Virus record (IMG/VR): IMGVR_UViG_3300045988_130236
Strand: one strand, 5' to 3'
DNA length: 18,664 nucleotides
DNA from: a virus
Taxonomy: Duplodnaviria > Heunggongvirae > Uroviricota > Caudoviricetes
The notes under the pieces were generated by a model that did no database searches, was not told where the DNA came from, and saw only the letters and a list, made by a program, of their open reading frames with translations. Shown here piece by piece: positions 1 through 6,187 of the stretch (positions within the stretch are counted from its first letter, which is position 1; each line of letters opens with the position of its first letter). A program made the position numbers and the translations under genes.

Positions 1-1
1 T

Positions 2-1837
2 GCCTGGGTGGATGCGCATGGCGAGAAAGAATCGCTGTTTACGGATGAGGCGCAGGCTCACCTCTATGGTCATGTTGCTGGCGCTGCACGTGCTTTCAAT
101 ATTTCCCCTCTCTACTGGAAAAAATACCGTAAAGGACAGATGACCACGAGGCAGGCATATTCTGCCATTGCCCGTCTGTTTAACGATGAGTGGTGGACTC
201 ATCAGCTTAAAGGCCAGCGTATGCGCTGGCATGAGGCGTTACTGATAGCTGTCGGGGAGGTCAATAAAGACCGTTCTCCTTATGCCAGTAAACATGCCAT
301 TCGGGATGTGCGTGCACGCCGCCAGGCAAATCTGGAATTTCTTAAATCGTGTGACCTTGAAAACAGGGAAACCGGCGAGCGCATCGACCTTATCAGTAAG
401 GTGATGGGCAGTATTTCTAATCCTGAAATTCGCCGGATGGAGCTGATGAACACCATTGCCGGTATTGAGCGTTACGCCGCCTCAGAGGGTGATGTGGGGA
501 TGTTTATCACGCTTACCGCGCCGTCAAAGTATCACCCGACACGTCAGGTCGGAAAAGGCGAAAGTAAAACCGTCCAGCTAAATCACGGCTGGAATGATGA
601 GGCATTTAATCCAAAGGATGCGCAGCGTTATCTCTGCCGTATCTGGAGCCTGATGCGCACGGCATTCAAGGATAATGATTTACAGGCTTATGGTTTGCGT
701 GTTGTTGAGCCACACCACGACGGAACGCCGCACTGGCATATGATGCTTTTTTGTAATCCACGCCAGCGTAACCAGATTATCGAAATCATGCGTCGCTATG
801 CGCTCAAAGAGGATGGCGACGAAAGAGGAGCCGCGCGAAACCGTTTTCAGGCAAAACACCTTAACCGGGGCGGTGCTGCGGGATATATCGCGAAATACAT
901 CTCAAAAAACATCGACGGCTATGCGCTGGATGGTCAGCTCGATAACGATACCGGCAGGCCGCTGAAAGACACAGCGGCGGCTGTTACCGCATGGGCGTCA
1001 ACGTGGCGCATCCCGCAATTTAAAACGGTTGGCCTGCCGACAATGGGGGCTTACCGTGAACTACGCAAATTGCCTCGCGGCGTCAGCATTGCTGATGAGT
1101 TTGACGAGCGCGTCGAGGCTGCACGCGCCGCCGCAGACAGTGGTGATTTTGCGTTGTATATCAGCGCGCAGGGTGGGGCAAATGTTCCGCGCGATTGTCA
1201 GACTGTCAGAGTCGCCCGTAGCCCGTCGGATGACGTTAACGAGTACGAGGAAGAAGTCGAGAGAGTGGTCGGCATTTACGCGCCGCATCTCGGCGCGCGT
1301 CATATTCATATCACCAGAACCACGGACTGGCGCATTGTGCCGAAAGTGCCGGTCGTTGAGCCTTTGACTTTAAAAAGCGGCATCGCCGCGCCTCGGAGTC
1401 CTGTCAATAACTGTGGAAAGCTCACCGGTGGTGATACTTCGTTACCGGCTCCCACACCTTCTGAACACGCCGCAGCAGTGCTTAATCTGGTTGATGACGG
1501 TGTTATCGAATGGAGTGACCCGGAGGTTGTGAGGGCGCTCAGAGGTGCATTAAAATGCGGACTGAGAACACCAAATCGTCAGCAAAGAAACGGAAGTCCG
1601 TTAAAACCGCATGAAATAGCGCCATCAGCCAGGCTGACCAGGTCGGAACGATTGCAAATTACCCGTATTCGCGTTGATCTTGCTCAGAACGGTATCAGAC
1701 CTCAGCGATGGGAGCTTGAGTCGCTGGCGCGTGGGGCAACCGTAAATTATGACGGGAAAAAATTCACGTATCCGGTCGCTGATGAGTGGCCGGGATATTC
1801 AACTATAACAGAGTGGAATCAATTTGATGACGGGTAA
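2..1837 (+). CDS. A: Rolling-circle replication initiator endonuclease (P2 gpA-like), 5'-truncated by the window edge
   Basis: Frame is open to the window start (codons at 2-4, 5-7), so the gene continues upstream; the ORF track begins at a GTG at 8. Contains an HUH-type motif (TPHWHMM) and the paired catalytic tyrosines GYIAKYISKN (Tyr codons at 884-886 and 896-898), typical of P2 A-type RCR initiators. The ~609 aa seen here fits the C-terminal part of a ~760 aa A protein. Confidence 0.9.
   Translation, partial: AWVDAHGEKESLFTDEAQAHLYGHVAGAARAFNISPLYWKKYRKGQMTTRQAYSAIARLFNDEWWTHQLKGQRMRWHEALLIAVGEVNKDRSPYASKHAIRDVRARRQANLEFLKSCDLENRETGERIDLISKVMGSISNPEIRRMELMNTIAGIERYAASEGDVGMFITLTAPSKYHPTRQVGKGESKTVQLNHGWNDEAFNPKDAQRYLCRIWSLMRTAFKDNDLQAYGLRVVEPHHDGTPHWHMMLFCNPRQRNQIIEIMRRYALKEDGDERGAARNRFQAKHLNRGGAAGYIAKYISKNIDGYALDGQLDNDTGRPLKDTAAAVTAWASTWRIPQFKTVGLPTMGAYRELRKLPRGVSIADEFDERVEAARAAADSGDFALYISAQGGANVPRDCQTVRVARSPSDDVNEYEEEVERVVGIYAPHLGARHIHITRTTDWRIVPKVPVVEPLTLKSGIAAPRSPVNNCGKLTGGDTSLPAPTPSEHAAAVLNLVDDGVIEWSDPEVVRALRGALKCGLRTPNRQQRNGSPLKPHEIAPSARLTRSERLQITRIRVDLAQNGIRPQRWELESLARGATVNYDGKKFTYPVADEWPGYSTITEWNQFDDG
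1388..1407 (+). other. Putative origin of replication nick region inside gene A
   Basis: Sequence gcgcctcggagtcctgtcaa lies inside the A coding region downstream of the catalytic tyrosines. From memory, the P2 ori nick site is in A and has this or a very similar sequence. Recalled, not computed. Confidence 0.4.
1505..1695 (+). repeat. Direct repeat copy 1 (functional 3' end of gene A)
   Basis: atcgaatggagtgacccggaggttgtgagggcgctcagaggtgcattaaaatgcggactgagaacaccaaatcgtcagcaaagaaacggaagtccgttaaaaccgc... recurs with ~90% identity starting at 1837; similarity decays over roughly 190 bp. Confidence 0.85.
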
Positions 1838-2025
1838 TCGAATGGAATGATCCGGCGGTCGTGAGGGCGCTCAGAGGTGCATTAAAACACGGTCTGAGAA
1901 TACCAAATCGTCAGCAAAGAAACGGAAGTCCGTTAAAACCGCTTGCATTTGTGCCATCGCGAGGCTGATCAAATCAGGTTTGTGATAAATTACTAGTATT
2001 TATATAGACCTCGCTCAGTATGGCA
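1837..2025 (+). repeat. Direct repeat copy 2: out-of-frame remnant of an alternative gene A 3' end (pseudo-fragment)
   Basis: atcgaatggaatgatccggcggtcgtgagggcgctcagaggtgcattaaaacacggtctgagaataccaaatcgtcagcaaagaaacggaagtccgttaaaaccgc... starts on the last base of the A stop codon (TAA 1835-1837). It is shifted out of the A frame and hits a stop after 8 codons. Confidence 0.8.
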
Positions 2026-2254
2026 TCACACAGAAGTAATGTAAGCGTGGGGGGCGTGGTGTACCATTGATATACGACGGTCGAAAATTTACATAGCCGA
2101 TTTCCTGTGATTGGTTTTCGTTATGCACTCTTTTCTGAAGAGATTAACTACTGATAGACTCAGGTTGGATGTCAGAATCGCTATAGATTTCTTGCTATAT
2201 ATGTATTTTTCAATGAAAATGATCTCTGATTTAAACTGTAGTAAGGTGATTGGT

Positions 2255-2743
2255 ATGGATGGTTTATGGGAAAAAATATCGTCATATAATATATTTAATA
2301 ATCTTTTTCCAGGTGCTCTTTTTATTTATCTTCTTGAGAGAATGACGAAGATCGTTTTATCTGGCGATGATTTAATAAAAAATGTTGTCCTCTATTATTT
2401 TGTTGGCTTAGTCATTGGCCGGATTGGTTCTATCGTATTGGAACCTTTTTTAAAACTATCGCGTTTGATTAAGTTTGCTCCTTATAAAGATTATGTGTCA
2501 GCATGTGGTGTGGATGGAAAAATTGAAACTTTGCAAGAGATTGCGAATATGTATAGGACGATATTTTCAATGTCAATTATTCTTTTGGCGACATTGTGCG
2601 TTGTAGGACGGTTTACTGGCGAGACATATGGCTTATCTAAAATAACGTTGGCGGTTTTTGCTATTTTGTTTGTTGTCTCATATATTAAACAAATAAGATA
2701 CATAATATATAGAGTAAATGCTGTTAATAATAAGCTGCCGTAA
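2255..2743 (+). CDS. Small multi-pass inner-membrane protein, unknown function (cargo gene)
   Basis: The ORF track starts at 2111, but the ATG at 2255 has the only good SD (aaggtg, 6 nt upstream). About 162 aa with 3-4 hydrophobic helices (LFPGALFIYLL, VVLYYFVGLVIGRIGSIVL, IFSMSIILLATLCVVGRF, ITLAVFAILFVVSYI). Very AT-rich: 14 G+C in 60 nt at 2281-2340. Confidence 0.6.
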   Translation: MDGLWEKISSYNIFNNLFPGALFIYLLERMTKIVLSGDDLIKNVVLYYFVGLVIGRIGSIVLEPFLKLSRLIKFAPYKDYVSACGVDGKIETLQEIANMYRTIFSMSIILLATLCVVGRFTGETYGLSKITLAVFAILFVVSYIKQIRYIIYRVNAVNNKLP

Positions 2744-2751
2744 GGCAGCTT
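2732..2751. terminator. Hairpin between convergent genes (likely bidirectional intrinsic terminator)
   Basis: aagctgcc gtaa ggcagctt followed by ttt; an 8-bp perfect stem with 4-nt loop between the stop of the + membrane gene (2741-2743) and the stop of the - MBL gene (2757-2759). Confidence 0.55.
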
Positions 2752-2756
2752 TTGAA

Positions 2757-3848
2757 TTATTCTTCGGTTCTATAGTTACTAATGTATGATCGTGGAGTGG
2801 CTGTTTTCCATCCTGCCCTTTCAGGAGCATTATAAAAATGGTACTTACCAAGCCCCTCGGTGGCGATAACTTTCGCTCCTCGTCGAGTAAAGGCATTAAT
2901 TACAGCTTGATGGGGATGTTTATCTGAACCTGGGGCACATGATACAAATGCGGTTATCTCCCTTTTTTCGCCTTCATTTACAATGTTACCAACAAGTTTA
3001 TCGAGAACATCAGGGCCTACATTTCTCCGGCTACCATGATGAGGTACTTGAATGAATCTTAATGATTCTTTATTAATGTATTGGGAGGCTTGATCTAAGG
3101 CTGTTATACCAGCATCGCCAGTGAACACTAACGTTCTTCCATCAATCTCAAGTTTCAAAATGACACTTGAGTTATTTTGTGCCGAGGTGGTATCGTCATT
3201 ATCAATACCTTCATCAGTAAACCATTCAGCAACGTAATCAATAAATTTCTTCGTTTTTTCAACTACAGACTCAAAGACTGCTTTTAGTACTTCAAATCCA
3301 GCTGTATCCTCAGCTTTTTTGGGCATTCTTGCGAAATCAGGTATTAGAGTCTCATAGTAAGATTGGGTTGGCCCGATAACAACCAGAGTAGCATTATCCC
3401 AGGTCATTCCTTGAAAAGGCTCTTTTATTTCAATTCCTTTTTTTTCCGCTAATTTGACAGCGTCATAAGCTTTTTGTAAGTTTTCTTTCATTCGATTTGC
3501 AATACTGGCATCAGTTATCCTGCCATCTGCAAACTCACTTGCGAGACCTTGATTATGTTCCCAAGGCTTATGAATCCAAAACTCTTTTACTTCTGCATTT
3601 TCTAGAACAGATGTAAGTCCACCGACGTGGTCACCATCGGGGTGTGTGGAGATAAGCAAGTCAATAGTTTTTGTGCGGTAGTATTTTTCAATATGCTCAA
3701 TGACTTGTTCTCCGGTGCTGGCATATCCTGCATCAATAACGACAACTTTTTGTTCATCTCTTGAACCATGTAGGTTTCCCCATCTGATGCAGATCGCATC
3801 GCCGCTTTTTTTTTCGCCAACAGCTAGAAAATCAATTTCGTAACCCAT
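2757..3848 (-). CDS. Metallo-beta-lactamase-fold hydrolase, ComEC/Rec2-like, predicted nuclease (cargo gene)
   Basis: 363 aa. MBL signature motifs: VVVIDAG, then LLISTHPDGDHVGG (codons at 3627-3644), then FTGDAG and VPHHGS (His-His codons at 3036-3041). SD aagga sits 8 nt upstream of the ATG at 3848. Lower GC than the phage backbone. Confidence 0.8.
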   Translation of the reverse strand: MGYEIDFLAVGEKKSGDAICIRWGNLHGSRDEQKVVVIDAGYASTGEQVIEHIEKYYRTKTIDLLISTHPDGDHVGGLTSVLENAEVKEFWIHKPWEHNQGLASEFADGRITDASIANRMKENLQKAYDAVKLAEKKGIEIKEPFQGMTWDNATLVVIGPTQSYYETLIPDFARMPKKAEDTAGFEVLKAVFESVVEKTKKFIDYVAEWFTDEGIDNDDTTSAQNNSSVILKLEIDGRTLVFTGDAGITALDQASQYINKESLRFIQVPHHGSRRNVGPDVLDKLVGNIVNEGEKREITAFVSCAPGSDKHPHQAVINAFTRRGAKVIATEGLGKYHFYNAPERAGWKTATPRSYISNYRTEE

Positions 3849-4010
3849 TCCATATCCTTATTAAACTGTGAATTAACATGAATCCAAGATGTTAAATCAT
3901 ATGGATAATAACGCAACTTTTCCGCAGTAAACACTGTGAGCGGATTTAATCTCGTCAGAACTAAAAGCAAGTAGTGTGACGAGGGACAATGAGTCTCTTT
4001 GGGGCGTTGG

Positions 4011-4460
4011 CTATGACACTGACGCAACCAGATTAACGCCGTGAGTCAGCAGATTTGTAATCACACCGGCAATGACCCCAGGAGTCCCATCTTTCACCGC
4101 ACTGATCACTTTATCCCCCATCGTTTCATTTCCACCAAGCACCTCGGGTTTTTTGTTAAGAACTGTGAGCGCTTTTTCAGTAAGTCGAACATCGTAAAAA
4201 TACGACTGATGGTCTGTGTTGTACTGAATGTACCCGTTTTCACAGAGAAAATTGAATGTACCTTCAACCACACTACGCAACTGATTTAACGCTTTCATTT
4301 CTGGTGAGTTAAGTTGGTCAAAGTAGTCATCAGGTAGCGCGGCGTTAAATTTGTCGTAGTTAATCACCTGTGGTACGGGAAAATTTTCCCATAGTACTGC
4401 AAAGATTTCCGCCGTTTGTTGGTTAAATAAATCGAGATTTTTCGACATGCAAAATTCCAT
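4011..4460 (-). CDS. Hypothetical cytoplasmic protein, first gene of the cargo operon upstream of the MBL gene; start ambiguous
   Basis: Open frame 4011-4550 (179 aa) with in-frame ATGs at 4550, 4460 and 4448; none has a strong SD. No TM segments, no Walker or other motif I recognise. Same strand as the MBL gene, 162 bp upstream of it. Confidence 0.5.
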   Translation of the reverse strand: MEFCMSKNLDLFNQQTAEIFAVLWENFPVPQVINYDKFNAALPDDYFDQLNSPEMKALNQLRSVVEGTFNFLCENGYIQYNTDHQSYFYDVRLTEKALTVLNKKPEVLGGNETMGDKVISAVKDGTPGVIAGVITNLLTHGVNLVASVS

Positions 4461-4781
4461 TTCTTTTGATAATGAGTGGGTTAAACGCTGGACGAGGCAG
4501 ATTACCACTCTGGCACAAAACAATGATCTTAGTTCACGCGAAGTTGACATATATACCGATAAGCTGGTTGCGCAGGCAACTAGCGTAGAACTCGCTCAGG
4601 TCATCAAGATGCTATTGAATTATATTCGAATGCACAAATAAAATGATCTGTATCAATCTGTTAGGTGTCGTTTGTAAAAATGTGTGGACACGATTGTTCT
4701 GCTAATTGTTGTCAACATGTGCGTCAACAGTGAGATTGGTGCATTGCGCGGCCAGTGACAACTTTAAAAATTGGCCAAAAC

Positions 4782-4806
4782 CGGCACTATGAATGCCGTT
4801 TTTTTT
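4782..4806 (+). terminator. Intrinsic terminator-like hairpin plus T8 tract
   Basis: cggca ctatgaa tgccg followed by tttttttt (4799-4806) and preceded by aaaa; could also act on the minus strand. Sits between the cargo operon upstream region and cos. Confidence 0.4.
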
Positions 4807-4840
4807 GTGTTTTTTTCTGCGATACTCCTATTTTTAGCAG

Positions 4841-4886
4841 TGCATGCAATATGTGCGTGGTTTTGCATGTGCCTAAGTTGCATGTT
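4841..4886. repeat. Cluster of TGCATG(T/C) repeats adjacent to cos (possible terminase recognition elements)
   Basis: tgcatgc at 4841-4847, tgcatgt at 4865-4871 and 4880-4886, with a related gcacctgcat at 4931-4940, all within ~130 bp of cos. Confidence 0.3.
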
Positions 4887-4964
4887 CTGGCTGTGCACCG
4901 TCAGGACGGACGCCCCTCAAAAGTGGTAATGCACCTGCATTAAAACCGACCTATGAAGCGGGCG

Positions 4965-4983
4965 GGCGAGGCGGGGAAAGCAC
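4965..4983. other. cos: cos site (19-nt cohesive end sequence of P2-type phages)
   Basis: ggcgaggcggggaaagcac matches the P2 cohesive-end sequence as I recall it. Position is as expected: between the non-essential cargo region and the 3' end of portal gene Q. Confidence 0.6.
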
Positions 4984-5124
4984 TGCGCGCTGGCGGTGGT
5001 GCTGATTTTATTTTTTCAGCGTCTGAGCGCGTCGTGAAGGCGCTTAGTCTGCCCGTTGAGGCGTTGGTGTGTCTGCGGGGTGTTTTGTGCGGTGGTGAGC
5101 GTGTGAGCGCGTGATGACGGGGTG

Positions 5125-5148
5125 TAAAAAAGCCGCCCGCAGGCGGCG
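5125..5148 (-). terminator. Rho-independent terminator downstream of Q (end of the leftward P-Q late operon)
   Basis: On the minus strand: stem gccgcc/ggcggc with loop (plus 5132-5147) followed by a T6 run (plus-strand aaaaaa at 5126-5131), directly after the Q stop at 5153-5155. Confidence 0.6.
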
Positions 5149-5152
5149 ATGT

Positions 5153-6187
5153 TCAGCCGTTGTCAGTGTCCAGTGAGTAGTTTTTAAAGCGGATGACCTC
5201 CTGACCGAGCCAGCCGTTTATCTCGCGGATCCTGTCCTGTAGCGGGATAAGCTCATTGCGGACAAAGACCTTTGCCACTTTCTCAATATCACCCAGCGAC
5301 CCGACGTTCTCCGGCTTGCCGCCCATCAACTGAAAGGGGATGCGGTGCGCGTCCAGCAGGTCAGCGGCGCTGGCTTTTTTGATATTAAAAAAATCGTCCT
5401 TCGTTGCCACTTCACTGAGCGGGATAATTTTAATGCCGTCGGCTTTCCCCTGCGGGGCATAGAGAAACAGATTTTTAAAGTTGTTGCGGCCTTTCGACTT
5501 GACCATGTTTTCGCGAAGCATTTCGATATCGTTGCGATCCTGCACGGCATCGGTGACGTACATGATATATCCGGCATGAGCGCCGTTTTCGTAATACTTG
5601 CGGCGGAACAGCGTGGCCGACTCATTCAGCCAGGCAGAATTAAGGGCGCTGAGATATTCCGGCAGGCCGTACAGCTCCTGATTAATATCCGGCTCCAGCA
5701 GGTGAAACACGGAGCCGGGCGCGAAGGCTGTCGGCTCGTTGAAGGACGGCACCCACCAGTAAACATCCTCCTCCACGCCACGGCGGGTATATTTTGCCGG
5801 TGAGGTTTCCAGTCTGATGACCTTACCGGTGGTGCTGTAACGCTTTTCCAGAAACGCATTACCGAACACCAGAAAATCCAGCACAAAGCGGCTGAAATCC
5901 TGCTGGGAAAGCCACGGGTGCGGAATAAACGTTGAAGCCAGAATATTACGTTTGACGTAAATCGGTGAGCTGTGATGTACGGCAGCACGCAGGCTTTTTG
6001 CCAGACCGGTAAAGCTGACCGGTGGCTCATACCATCTGCCGTTACTGATGCACTCGACGTAATCCAGAATGTCACGGCGGTCGAGTACCGGCACCGGTTC
6101 ACCAAAGGTGAATGCCTCCATTTTCGGGGCGCTGGCGGTCATTTTTTTTGCCGCAGGTTGCGGTGTTTTCCCTTTTTTCTTGCTCAT
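5153..6187 (-). CDS. Q: Portal protein (P2 gpQ-like)
   Basis: 344 aa, starts MSKKKGKTPQPAAKK; length and sequence fit P2 Q. Its start overlaps the P stop (TGATG). Confidence 0.92.
   Translation of the reverse strand: MSKKKGKTPQPAAKKMTASAPKMEAFTFGEPVPVLDRRDILDYVECISNGRWYEPPVSFTGLAKSLRAAVHHSSPIYVKRNILASTFIPHPWLSQQDFSRFVLDFLVFGNAFLEKRYSTTGKVIRLETSPAKYTRRGVEEDVYWWVPSFNEPTAFAPGSVFHLLEPDINQELYGLPEYLSALNSAWLNESATLFRRKYYENGAHAGYIMYVTDAVQDRNDIEMLRENMVKSKGRNNFKNLFLYAPQGKADGIKIIPLSEVATKDDFFNIKKASAADLLDAHRIPFQLMGGKPENVGSLGDIEKVAKVFVRNELIPLQDRIREINGWLGQEVIRFKNYSLDTDNG

Noticed and set aside
1029-1367. Two overlapping ORFs inside gene A (1029-1367 plus, 1061-1309 minus)
   Set aside because: Fully internal to the A coding region; there is no independent evidence for them.
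2111-2254. Upstream extension of the membrane-protein ORF (start at 2111 as in the ORF track)
   Set aside because: No SD at 2111, and the extension adds a non-hydrophobic, unusual N-terminus. The ATG at 2255 has a proper aaggtg SD. I kept the shorter form but the longer one is not excluded.
2491-2896. Minus-strand ORFs 2491-2703 and 2678-2896 overlapping the membrane gene and the MBL gene 3' end
   Set aside because: In AT-rich DNA these are short and overlap better-supported genes; 2678-2896 would read through the inter-gene hairpin. Not supported.
4755-4943. 62-aa plus-strand ORF next to cos (4755-4943)
   Set aside because: It runs through the hairpin-T8 terminator and the TGCATG repeat cluster; the Cys/Phe/Val-rich sequence looks like translation of a T-rich non-coding region.
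1838-4964. Possibility that the cargo is P2 tin/old or a fragment of them
   Set aside because: Old is a ~590-aa ATPase with a Walker A motif and Tin is a ~250-aa soluble protein. None of the three cargo ORFs has a P-loop, and their sizes and features do not fit. This is an argument from memory of those families, not a search.
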